Origin: Calcarisporiella thermophila CBS 279.70
Taxonomy: Eukaryota; Fungi; Calcarisporiellomycota
DNA: 64,000 nucleotides
Direction of reading: 5' to 3'
Assembly: GCF_041956535.1 (NCBI RefSeq)
Contig: NW_027192206.1
Location: 523,488-587,487 of the forward strand
The notes under the pieces were generated by a model, which did not search any database, was not told the DNA's origin, and saw only the letters and a list, made by a program, of their open reading frames with translations. Positions 1 to 12,501 of the stretch are shown piece by piece (positions within the stretch are counted from its first letter, which is position 1; each line of letters opens with the position of its first letter). The position numbers and the translations under genes are program-made.

Positions 1-881
1 TCTTCTTCGAGTTCAAGTTGGCGTAGTCGGGCGAGAATATCCTCGTCTTCCTTTTGCTCCTCTAAAGATTTCTCTTGTACAATAACTACAAGAGACAAAA
101 TAGGTGAATTACAGAGCTATCAGAAAAAAAAATATTCTACTGAAATATTACCTCGAGCCTGCTCTCTTCCTTTACCCTTTTCAACCTTTTTGGGTGTTTG
201 TTCTTCATCAGAATGATATTCTTCCATAATTTCAACTATCGGCAAGCCTTCTTCATTAGTCTAATAGAAGTTTAATAAGTATAGGCTCTAATGCAAAATA
301 AGTGAAGCTTATTCAAAGAATTTCACGCATACCCCTCTAGTAAACGTTCCTGATTTCGTAGCTGCTCCAGGTGCTACTTCCAACTTGATCTTTATCTCTT
401 CAACATTTTTGCGAAGATTTTCGATTTGCTCCTGAGTATCTGTTGAGAAGAAAGAGATAAATTAAGTAATTCGCAGTTTCGTTAAAACACCAATTAAACT
501 AGGTAGTAACCATTCAATCTGCGGTCAATAATATCGCAAGCCTGAGATGCGCTTCGTTCAGCGAAATATTCTTCACCTAGCCTCACCATAACCTCATTGG
601 TGTGTATGAGTTTGCCAGGAACAAAAGCACACTTGCCTAGTGGTACCTTTGTGAACATGATTTGTAATAATCAGGCTTAGTTACGATCTAAGGACTACAA
701 GTCAACGGCTCTTTACCATAACCTGATGTGAGGTTTTTGAAGGCAAATCAGAGAGCAATGCTTTAAGAGATTGATATCCCTGGTGGACAGAGATGGCCTC
801 TTGAAGCGTCCGTTCTGAAGCATGGAGAGAATCTTGCATAAGCTGCAGATATCTTCTCGTTTCTTCCTCTGAAATTTCCAT
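1..881 (-). CDS. URI1: Prefoldin-like protein URI1/Bud27 (5' part; continues beyond the window start)
   Basis: Manual minus-strand translation from the ATG at 881: MEISEEETRRYLQLMQDSL...YQSLKALLSDLPSKTSHQVM|VPLGKCAFVPGKLIHTNEVMVRLGEEYFAERSASQACDIIDRRL. This is an alpha-prefoldin signature, followed by the NEEGLPIVEIMEE motif typical of URI/Bud27. Several GT-AG introns. Confidence 0.85.
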
Positions 882-1048
882 GGTCGCTACGGGATTTTAG
901 TCACCACGTTAACTAAGTTCGCGTTTTTGACTGCTCAATAATCGAGGTCACAAAATAGGTCGCAGTGTTAATTTGTCTGTAAACAAGGAATTCAAAGTCA
1001 CTTTTTTGTCTTGACCTTCTCTTCTGCAACCGAGAGAATCCGACAACC

Positions 1049-3899
1049 ATGGTGGCTAAAAAAGATGACGATTTTGTAATGACAATAGACGAGGAGGAAG
1101 ATATCCCCTATCTTGAGGAGGAAAACGAAGATCTAGAAGAGGACGAAGAAGCTAACCAGAAGAAGTCGAATAAAAAGAAGAAAGAGTCAAAAGCCGCCAA
1201 AAAGAAGGGCGAGGATGCAGACGGGCTAGATCCAAACTTTACATTTGATATTGGTGGCGGCGCACATGCTGGTCCATTGCATGCATGGGATTTCAAAGAG
1301 GCTAGGGCCTTATTAAAGGAAAAAGCAACTGTAGGTTCTCCTTTGACTCTATTGTAGGTTTAAATTATCTTTGACATTCAATACTTTGCTAGACTTCCGC
1401 ATTAGATATCGACGAAATTATTGAAAGAAAGAGAACTTCTAATAAGTCTAAGGGAAAAAATGATAAAAAGAAACAGGATAAAACAGCAACCAAAGAGCCC
1501 ACTATTGATGACGACGATGAGGATATTGCGGCGGATGGATTTGGTGGAGGTGCCTCTGATGAAGAATTGGAAGAAGCTCATGAATTCGTTGATTTAGATA
1601 GTGAAGAGGATGAAGAGGAAGGATCAGCGGGAGAAGATGAAAATTTAGAAGGTGACGAAGAAGAGGAAAACGACGAAGTCGAGGATGAGGACGAAGACGA
1701 GGACGAAGAAGATGATGAAGAGGATGACGATGAAGATGACGAAGAGAATGAAGATGACGATGACGATGACGACGAAAATGAGGAGGAAGATGAATATGAA
1801 AAAGAGGTGCGTTAATTTCGATTAAATGCGTTTCGAACGATTTTATTTATTTTGCAATTTTAGCGTAAAAAAGAATACTTCGCACCGGAAGCCGAGAACC
1901 CTGACGAAATACACGAATCCTTCGCCTCCATGAATCTCTCACGTCCCATTATGAAGGGGCTTACGCAAGTCGGTTTTGTTCAGCCCACTTCCATTCAAGC
2001 CAAGACGATACCAGTAGCGTTACTTGGAAAAGATATCTGCGGTAGCGCGGTCACAGGTTCAGGAAAAACTGCCGCTTTCATCGTACCTATCCTTGAGCGT
2101 CTACTCTACCGGCCACGACAAGCTGCCTGTACTCGCGTATTGATTCTTTGTCCTACCCGTGAATTAGCTATTCAATGTCATAGCGTCGCTGTCAAACTTG
2201 CATCCTACACAGACATCGGCTTCTGTTTGTGCGTTGGTGGGCTGTCTCTCAAGACACAAGAGGCCCAGTTGCGCCAAAAGCCAGATGTAATTATTGCCAC
2301 CCCTGGTCGTCTTATCGATCACGTTCGGAATTCAATGAGTGTCACTCTAGATGAAATTGATATTCTCGTAATGGACGAAGCAGATCGTATGTTGGAGGAA
2401 GGTTTTGCTGCAGAGTTGAACGAAATTGTCAAGGCATGCCCGAAGTCACGCCAGACGATGCTCTTCTCCGCTACAATGACAGATAATGTAAACTATCGAA
2501 TACATATATTGTATACTAAGTTGCGCTCTCACTAATTAACTCTACTTTTGATTAGGTTGACGAATTGATCCGTCTCTCTCTAAATCGCCCTGTACGACTT
2601 TTTGTCGATCCTACTAATGCTGCTGCCTCTCGTCTAGTTCAAGAGTTCGTGCGAATTCGTCAGCATCGCGAGGCAGATCGTGCAGCTGTTCTGTTGGCCC
2701 TATGCAAAAAATCATTCAAGCACCGTGTAATCATTTTCTTCCGTTCCAAGGCCGCAGCGCATCAGATGAAAATTGCATTTGGATTATTGGGTCTACGCGC
2801 GGCGGAACTTCATGGAAATTTGACACAAGAGCAGCGTCTAAAGGCTTTGGAAGAGTTCAGAGATGAACAGGTGGATTATTTATTGGCTACAGATTTGGCT
2901 TCAAGAGGTCTGGACATCAAGGGAATTGAAACCGTCATCAACTTTAACATGCCACAACAATTTGCACAATATTTGCATCGTGTTGGAAGAACTGCGCGTG
3001 CTGGCCGTGCTGGACGGTAATTTTGCTTGGACTAAAAAATGGTCATCGACCTATAATACTTATTTTATTTATTAATTCCAGCTCCGTGACATTGGTCGGA
3101 GAAGGGGATCGCAAACTGCTCCGAATGGCAGTCAAATCCGCACCCAAGGAACAGATTAAGCAACGAGTGGTGTCTCCAGATCTTGTCTCCAAATACCGCG
3201 AGAAGCTCGAGTCCTTGCAAGATCAAATTCGTGAGGTGATGCAGGAGGAGAAGGAAGAGAAGGCGGTAAGTCTATCCACCTAAAATTTTATTATGGTAGG
3301 TAGAAAGTTAATGGCGGTTTCTTGTTGCTTTTCACAAATTTTAGTTACGGCAAGCAGAGATGGAGGTTCGCAAATCTCAAAATCTCCTAACACACGAGGC
3401 AGAAATCTATAGCCGCCCGGCTCGTACCTGGTTCCAGTCCGAAAAAGAAAAGCAGCAATCCAAGGAAATCGGTAAAGCACATTACAATGCGCAATTTGAG
3501 CCGGCCGAGGATAAGAAACGTAAACGCGGGGAGGAAGTAAAACGCGACAAATATGCAGGACTTTCGAGAAAAAAGCGCCGGAGATTGCAGATTCTTGAGG
3601 AGGAAAAAGCAGAGGCTCGGAGTGTAGGAAACTTGAAAGCAATCAGAGCGGTGAAGAAGGCAGCGCGCCCTACAAAAATCGGAAAGGTACGGGAAAGCAG
3701 TGCGGGACGAAGTGTAAGTCAGAGCAGTGGTGGTGCAACGAAGAAGGGTGGCTTCGAGGCAGAATTGACTGACTTTACCAAGCGACGGGCTGGAGCCAAT
3801 GTGCAGGCAGTAAAGAAATCAAAAGCAAAGATGAATGCTAAGGGAGGAAAAGGGAAGGCGAAAGGCAAAGTAGGCGGAGGGAAAAAAGGAAAACGATAA
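1049..3899 (+). CDS. DRS1: DEAD-box RNA helicase Drs1/DDX27 (60S ribosome biogenesis), multi-exon
   Basis: Acidic N-terminus; Q motif, [57 protein letters not shown]; Drs1-type C-terminal [20 protein letters not shown]; Lys-rich tail. Confidence 0.93.
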
Positions 3900-4213
3900 A
3901 AGAATGGTAGAGCTATTGGATTTTGATTTTGGATAGAAATCTATTTCTTAATGTTCGTTTTCTTTATTCCCTTTGGATGGATTAAAATATTTTTATTAAT
4001 CCATTTTGCTACATTAAATAACTAAAAAAAAAGTAAAATAGAAAATAAAAATATTCAAAATAAAATAATACATGAAGACAAGGGCAAGCAAACAAGTGAA
4101 CAAGCAATTTAACAAAAGCAAAAACGATGGCAAGAGAGATAAAAAAGAAGTCATCGATATTAAGAGTTTTATAATCTAAATGCGTTGGAAAGCGTAGGAA
4201 AGCACCAGTCTCC

Positions 4214-7200
4214 TCAATCTAATGCTCGTACTGCCCTCACCCTCCGATCCGCATAGAGGAGCGCTTGGAATGGTCCACACACTCCTGGCTCCCACGTTGC
4301 GAATACAATCACATACTTGCCAGGCTGAAGCAGTACGTTATCTGTTGCTACTCCCTGGATTACGTTGGTGTATGGGCCAGAGGTAGCAACCTCACGACCA
4401 AACACCTGGGTCGGGTGTGCCTCGAAAATCGTTACATTGGTTGTGGGCAGAGGCCGAAGCTGGAGTGTTTGAAGACGGATTCTGAAGATTATGTAAGATT
4501 AGGCAGAGTTACGATAATGAATAATTCTGTAAATTAGAAAACCCACTTGACTGTTGTGACCTCCGACACTTCGAGATAATATCGTGGGTTACGATGATAG
4601 TTTCCGTTGCTTGGACATCCCATTGCAGTAACTCCCTCGATCCTAATAAAAGTGAATATGGAGCGTATTAATAGCTAATTTGAAGTCTCCTTGAATCTTC
4701 CTATACTAACCATTCTCCTTTGATGATTTGCTTAAACATTCCCTATGTCAAACAAAAATGGTAACTGTAAGCAATGCGCTTTGCGATGATAATGATCAAA
4801 GAAACTATACCGCTCCTTCCAAAGGGATTACGCTTGTGGTAAATTTTAAGGTGGATTCGATGCTCAAAATAAATCCACCAACCATTCCAGGCTCAAAGGT
4901 TGATAGCACAATAGTGTAATCTCCCGGCTTGATATCTTTTAACTCGCAGTAGCAAAAGCCATGGCGGTAATCACCCGACTGCGCAAGAATATCTCGAGTA
5001 GACACGCTAAAATCAAATAGGCATCAATTATCTGATACACTTTGCCTTGCAGCAGTCTTAGAATTGTTCCCATACCTCGTGACTCTTTTTCCACCTGGAA
5101 GAAGCTTTACATGAACAGCATGAGTTCGCGGTGCTTCCAACATTAGCAATAGACCCGCTCTGTGGTCTTTGAATTCTCCGGAGGGCGGTAAAATAGAAAG
5201 CCTATACTGAGGGTTATTCATATAACTTGGATAAGAGGTGTTGCCACCTGCAGTTTGTTCTGTCCAGTTGCCCGGTATCTAATTGAAGTACCGGTTGAAA
5301 GTCAGTAATGTTAAATGAATATATGGGATTTCACTTGCGATCACCTTTTTTTTCCTGGGATATTTTTGGGGCACTTCCATGAGGGTAAATGGCGACATTG
5401 AGTAGCCACGAAGTGTAAAATGTAATGACCGCACCTTTTCATGTTGGGAGACAACGACAGTGTATCGCGACACTCCAGGATTTACATTAAACCGAACCTG
5501 ATAATTTGAATAGTTTTCATTCAGTTCAAAAAAAATGGCATCGTGATAAAAGCAAATGCACTTACAAGAATATGCGGGTTATTAACATAAACACCGGGTA
5601 TCATCGGCTTTCCTGGATAATACACCCGCTCTCCATCGGTCCCATCGTACACGTGGAGAGTAATGTAATCGCGATTTTCCTCCTTCACTGTTACGTGCTT
5701 TGTTAAGAGCAACCACATCGGAGAGGGCTTAGAATCCGAAACATTAATTTCAAGTGTGTACTGTGGATTATAGCCAAGGTTATAGATATCTTTTTTGGGG
5801 CCGAGGCTTTCCGGCCATGTTCTGCAAGATATGGATAAGAACTTGTAAGCATATATAGCCGACAGAAAATGCATGGAATATGGTATTTACGAATGCAATG
5901 TCCATCGATGCAAAAATAGCTCGGGGTTCCAGTTCATATGAATCGAGTCGAATTTATCGCACATCGATTCAAAATCAATCCAAAAAATCCCTAAAATTTG
6001 ATTGCATTTTGCTTAATTTAAACTTTTGTTTTCAAAAGACACGACAAAACTCACCGTCATCGACTGCCTGTGCAACAGCATGGTCATAGTCGAGAGCCTC
6101 ACGTAGTTCCGGAGTCCATCTCTCTTTATCGAGGTGGCTGTAGGCACCAGTCCATCGTTTATGACTCCAAGGATTTTTTACTTGGAGTAGCCGTTTGCCG
6201 TTTACCTCTCGGACATCTATTGCAAAGCAAGTTTGCACCAAGAATATCAGCCACGAGCATTAGTGATTTCAGGATTAAAATAAATAATTACCAAGAACAG
6301 CATATGCATGGGTAGGCACTAGGCCTAATTCCTCAGCCTCTTCAGCAGCCATCTCTCCGGTCGCAATTGTAATAAGCGCATCACCTATAATAATATACGC
6401 TTGTAAAATATACATTATGTGTATATTATGGACAAGCAACATACCGTAACGTTGGCCGTCCAAAAGCCGCTTCCATTGATTGTCCATATTAAAGGATTGA
6501 TCGTGAATGAAAATATGCTCCGGTATCCACCCAGTCAATGCGTGGAGATCAATTCCTGGATTCGATCCAGGAAAGTCATAGCCGCCCATTAGCTTCATAT
6601 ACTTGAAAAATGCAAATATAATTAATTCCGTGGCCATTGTAACTAAACTGGATAAAATTACATACAGCCTTCTCGATAATACTAGGCCACAGTTCATTTT
6701 TATTTGTCGAATAAGTACACATAAGCGTCCCGCCCTTAGAAACAGGTAAAAAATCGTCCACCACAACCTAATATTTAAAAAATGAAAAGAGTTACGCTGT
6801 TGCATATATGCCTAGAGAAAGTGTTAAACTTGGCTCACCTTTCTTGCAATTCCATTGAAAATAAGCTTAATCATATATTTTCCACTGGGATTATAGCAAG
6901 GTTGTCCTAGTTTGTTTTGAGGATAAATACACCGGGTAATCAACTGAGCGACAAAATTTGAAAGATTGTCAGCCAAGGTCGATAAGTTTCCGAGAGAGGA
7001 AAAGGATAACAAAACCTGTTTTTTGAACGTTCTTTCATACGCAGCACTGACGCATAGTGAAGCAACAAATGAACAGTCCGTTACCACGTCCTAGAATATA
7101 TTGTAAATCCATTATTCTTGCCTTTTATAACCTGCTCAAGCAATCGAAGGATTACCTGTAGTATGTTTTTGCTTGAAATCATATGTATCATTTTTGGATT

Positions 7201-8552
7201 TTCCATAAATTGTGTTGGCCGTTGCCACATCCCGAACTTGTTGTTTTGCTCCTCGGAGAGTCTTAAAAATCCATCCGGATCTCTAGATACCAAAGAGTTA
7301 GTTGCATGGGTGATTACTTTATCGCATATGTTTTCATCATGAATTTACAGGAATGGCTCTGGATAAGAAAAAGTCTCATTCAAATCAATCTCTAACCACG
7401 GGAGATATGTCTTTCCGTTGATATTGCTAGTGGTTCGTAAAACTTCGATCTCTTCAGGGGTAAGTCGTGAATCGTCTGGAGGTGACATAGCACCTGCATT
7501 TTTGTCAGTCGAAGAGAAAGATATCGCGCTAGAATTCGAGATTGAGCGGGCATGCTTAGAGGGTGAAGGGCTTCTTACACTAGAGTTGGAGGCTTGTACA
7601 GCTTCAAAAAAAAAAAATTAATGACAAAGAAATCAAAAATTGTAATTCAAAGTTCATACTCAATAAAGACATGGATCTCGTTGGAACTCCCTTCAGCTCC
7701 TCCGCGCGAGATAGAAGTTGTGACACCCTCGACTTGAGACTGTTCTTTATACTTTCATCCTTAGTTTCTACACAAAGAAAAATTCAACACACAACGGGTT
7801 GAGGAGGAATGGGTTGATATCACATAGAGTAAACGAGAGAATGGATATCGTTTATTACCCTTTAATGCTCTCAAAAAATATTCCACTGCATCCGTATAAA
7901 AGGTCAATGCACGCTCATGGTTTCTCCTCTGATCATACCATACTGCCTGATTCAACATGGTCTAATATTGACGACCTAAAAGTCAGTGTGATATTTTGAA
8001 ATACACAAGGTTTAAATATTACCTGGGCTTGCTTTAACACTGTCTCCATCTCCTCCCTTTCTTGAACTTCCCCCTCTTTTTCAACAACATGTTTTAACTC
8101 TCCAGGATCCGAAGGGGGTGAACCAGTTGTTGGAGAGCGTTTGGGGGATGGCTGGGAATTCTTTTGTGCGAGATGTTCGCGGAGTTTGGTAGCGCGTTGG
8201 GAGTACTCTTTTGATTTGTCTTGAATCATCTTCCGCTTTCTCAGATCGGATTCCTCTATACAATAATTTTAATTCGAGCAAAGTTAAACAAGCTAAATGT
8301 CGACTAGTTACCCTTAGTGATTTCTGTAAAAAGCTATTCCATTTAAATTTCGTGAGAAGCATTAAAACAATTAAAATCCGGGTTATAAGCAGAAATTCAA
8401 CAATGCTATCTTACCCTAAGCACTATAAGATATCCCTTGTACGCCTCCTCATACTTCCGTGCTGTATCCTTTACGACTGCACACTCAGCCGCTCTGAATG
8501 CCTCAGTATAGAGATCGTTGAGACGTGACTTGCCGCACGGCGAGTCTCCCAT
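4214..8552 (-). CDS. palB: Calpain-7 / PalB (Rim13)-type cysteine protease with N-terminal MIT domains, many introns
   Basis: MIT-like helices ([19 protein letters not shown]); catalytic Cys ([10 protein letters not shown]), His ([10 protein letters not shown]) and Asn (VKNPW); [28 protein letters not shown]; calpain-III repeats (NPQY). ATG at 8552 chosen by eye. Confidence 0.9.
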
Positions 8553-8825
8553 TTATTCCCTTAGATGATGGCTAGTGATATAGAGAGATGCAGAAGAAGG
8601 CAGGAACACTGGAGTAAAACAAGCTGTAGCCCTGGTAATTTGGTAATTTCTGAGCAAACAATAACTATGAGCTCAGTATATGACCCTCGGACGATGTCTA
8701 AACGTTTAAAGAGAAATTCCAAATTTTGAGCTCCGTGACCGAGAAGATAAAATATCCCATAGTTATCAAAAACTTTGATTCAATACTAGCTGATCATTTA
8801 TTTTCTTGCTAGATATATTCAACCA

Positions 8826-10103
8826 ATGTCCAATACAAAGTTCAAATATGGCCTAAACATCACAAAGAAAAGCACGCCCACATCCATTCCTAAACCCAAA
8901 GCCTCGATCTTTGGTGATGACGCCGACGATGATTACGAACAAGATTCGACTCCTTCCGATTACAAGACAGTCATCAATCGTTCCCTTGCCCTGCACACTC
9001 AGCAAATCAGCAGAAAAGACGCTAAAGAATATGAGAAGGCCCTGAGCGAAGATCCGACCATATTTGACTACGACGCTGTATACGATGATATCAAATCTGC
9101 AGAACGGGAAGCAGAGAGAAGAAGAAAAGGCATTGACGAGAATGAAGAAAAAAAGGTTCCTCTTGCCATTTTTGCTATTTGGCTATACCTCAAGTTAGTT
9201 GAATGTGATCTATTTTTTATAGCCCAGGTACATTGAAGGTCTGCTTGCTACTGCGAAACAACGACAGATAGACCGGCTACGGGCAGAAGAGAAGAAAATC
9301 CAGAGAGAGCGAGAACAAGAGAAGGAGGAATTCGGCGACACCGAGAGTTTCGTGACTCCAGCGTAAGTTTCTAACTTGTAATTATATCTAAATACGAGCA
9401 TGATATATCGTGTATTCCATTTTATAGTTATAAAGCTCAGATGGAGGAGTTAAAGAGACTAGAAGAGGAAGAAAAAAAGAAAGAAGGTAGATATTTATCA
9501 TTCGCGCTTCTACCTTTTATTAATACTAACATGTTTGTTTTTATCTTAGAAGATGAATTGAAGAACAAAGACATGTCAAATTTCTACCGCAACTTCTTAG
9601 ATAGGACAGCGCGCACTTCTACTCAGCCATCCTCTAAATCTTCGAGTGCTTCTAAAGTGCAACCCTCCGAAGACAAGGGTGATGAAGAAGCCGAATTATT
9701 AGAACGCGCAAGAAGAGAAGGGAAATCTGTAGTTGTCAATGATCAGGGAGAGATTGTTGACAAACGCCAGCTACTCTCAGCTGGGCTGAACATTATCAAA
9801 CCCCCGAAGCGCAGTAGCCAGCCATCTACACCACCTTCAAGGCAAGCCGAACCCGAATTCCGAAAGGGAGGAGGATATAAAAGAGGAACAAGAGAAAAAG
9901 AAAGAGCAACTAAGCAAATTGAAGAGCAATTACTAGAGAATGAAAGGCAGCAGCAGGAGGAGGAAAGGAGGAAAGAGCAGGAGCTTGCAGAAAAATTAAA
10001 AAGACAAACTACTGATGATTCTGCAGCAAAGGCGAGGGAGAGATATTTGGCCAGAAAACGGCTTAAAACGGCTGGTGTTGATTCGAATCCTGGAACTAGT
10101 TAG
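8826..10103 (+). CDS. NSRP1: Nuclear speckle splicing regulatory protein 1-like (NSRP1/CCDC55, DUF2040)
   Basis: KYGL start; ALSEDPTIFDYDAVYD; PRYIEGLL; EKEEFGDTESFVTPAYK; GEIVDKRQLLSAGLN; C-terminal ARERYLARK. Confidence 0.85.
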
Positions 10104-10393
10104 AATTGTAGACGTATGTTTGTTGCAAATGTTCCTATCGCTCTAATATACTGGATCAACGTCTTATGCCACCATGTATAAATATAAAGCGACCATGAAG
10201 TGATTTCGATGTTTAGATTAACTCTATTACCAAATTTGATTGCGGAAATTGAAATCAAGAGAAGAGTATATTCTGGGAAAATGAAAATTATGCCCATGTT
10301 ATTCCTCGCTTAAAAATGGTTTTTCTCGTTAACTAAATTTACAAAAAACTGGATATTATTTCTAACGTGCCAGACATTGAAAAGAAATATAAA

Positions 10394-11973
10394 ATGAAGG
10401 TGCTCGCTATACTTGACGAAGGAGGAAAATACTCGGACAATCCAAATATGCTCGGTAGTATAATTTTTATCTACTGCCACTGTTATATTGGTAATGACTG
10501 AGACCATTTCGAAGGCTGCGTCGAGAATGAGTTAAAGTTACGAGAATGGCTCGAGTATCAAATGCACACGTACATTGTTACGTCTAATATATCGGGGGCT
10601 GGGAATGTGATGGATAAAGAACTTCCTGATACTGATGGTCTGTTCAGACTTGTCGAGTCTACAAATTTCGTTTGCCTTGTCGTATGCACTGACATTTTAC
10701 GACACCAATAGTTCTAATTACAACGCCATATTATCCGGTACATATCACTGCGGAAAGTAAGTCTAGGTATTACAAAACTTTGTTGTACGCAATTAAAACT
10801 GTGAATCTCAAAGGAATCGCTATGGCTAAGAAGCTCAAATTAATCATCACCGCAGGTATTGGAAGTGACCAAATCGACATTACTGCAGCAAAGAAAGCAA
10901 ATATAACAGTAATTGAAATAACAGAATCGCATTCGTATGTGCCTCTCTTTTTTTCTATTTTTTTTTCGATATTCTAACGAATAGCGTCATATGTTAGTGT
11001 GAGCGTTGCAGAGGTAATATATAGCGATAACAATCAAAAAACACCAAATACATAGTTTATCATTTTATACAGCATGCCGTTATGACAATGCTCATTTTAC
11101 TCCGTAACTTCATCCCCGCTCATGAACAAATCGTGCGTGGAGATTGGAACCCAAACGAAGCTGCTGCGTTTTCACAAGATATCGCGGACAAGATTGTTGG
11201 GACGGTGGGATGCGGACGCGTAGGATCCAGAGTTCTACGGAGATTGAAAGGTTTTGGGTGCAAGGAGCTGGTATACTTTGATCCAAAGGGCCTAGATCCT
11301 GGTATGAGCTGAGGGAGACATTCTTCCTTATCGTCGGGTCCTCACCGCTGCTGATTAATCATCTTCATTATACACTTTTAATGTAAAGGTATGGAGAGTG
11401 AGTTGGGTGTAAGGAGATGCCCAACTCTTTGCAATTTGATTGAGATATGCGATGTCATCAATATCAGCTGTCCATTGACGGAGGAAACTTTTGGACTTTT
11501 CAATCGCCAACTCTTTAATTCGATGAAACGTGGTGTAATCATCGTCAACACGGCAAGGGGAGCTCTTGTTGGTTTGTAATGATAACACACAGGGCGTTTG
11601 CCCGAACAGTGCCTAGAGTGACAGACCACTTTAATAGACCGAGATGCTCTTGTGGAAGCTGTTCATAACGGAATTGTGCGTGGGTATGGTGGAGACGCTT
11701 GGTATCCTCACATCCCCCCAAAGGACCATCCTTGGCGTACCATGCCACACAATGCAATGGTCCCGCATTATGCTGGATCAACCCTGGACAGCCAAGAGAG
11801 GTTCGCAGAGCGTGCCATGGTATCTTCGCATAGCTAATAACTGGGAATTAACGAAATGAAGAATGACTACTTGTGATGTTTAGGATACGCTGCAACGGTT
11901 TTTGAGACACGAGCCAATGAGGCAAGAGGACATCATCGTTGGAGAAGCAGTTTACCTTGGAGAAAAGGAATAA
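10394..11973 (+). CDS. NAD-dependent formate dehydrogenase-like protein (divergent active site), many small exons
   Basis: Spliced by eye: [11 protein letters not shown]...[15 protein letters not shown]...[11 protein letters not shown]...[37 protein letters not shown]...GTVGCGRVG...NTARG...[40 protein letters not shown]. Collinear with the FDH family. Confidence 0.85.
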
Positions 11974-12010
11974 GCTGCTATTCTGCATCTATATTAAAAT
12001 CATGCGCTTC

Positions 12011-12186
12011 TTTTTTTTGGGATATATTTTACGGACCATGCTTGGCACTTAAGGGCTAGAGCTGTCTGCTTTGATGAAAAGAATTGGACTCATAGCCTGT
12101 GTCTCTATCAAATTACAAGAAATTTTCTTTTTAGGGCATATTTTACGGACCCCTCTAGGCGCTAAAGACTTGAGCCGTCACTTTTT
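12011..12186 (+). repeat. Two imperfect ~60-bp direct repeats
   Basis: ttttgggatatattttacggaccatgcttggcacttaagggctagagctgtc (~12015) versus ttttagggcatattttacggacccctctaggcgctaaagacttgagccgtc (~12129). Confidence 0.6.
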
Positions 12187-12501
12187 CTGTGAGCGTACAA
12201 TATTGAAACATGTCAAGGCCGTGATCTAACCGCAAGGCTAAAAGGGTGATACTATTCGGAGTTTCGATTGCCTCATGATCGCATCTCTTAATTTTCACCA
12301 ATCTGATGAAGTATTTAATGGCTCAGCTCCTATTGCCAAACCACCGATTTTTTTCCTGTTCAGTTTTTTAGTCGCACTGTTTAAGAGAATAGAATAACAT
12401 TAGTCAATCTTGCTGAAATTTCACAAAAGGCTCGTTTTATCCTCTTTGTGCTTTCGCCTCTTCTATCCTCTGTCTTTAACTAATTCTGCAGCATCCAAAA
12501 A

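Noticed and set aside
1567-1810. GAN-rich trinucleotide repeat
   Set aside because: Encodes the ordinary acidic N-terminal tract of Drs1.
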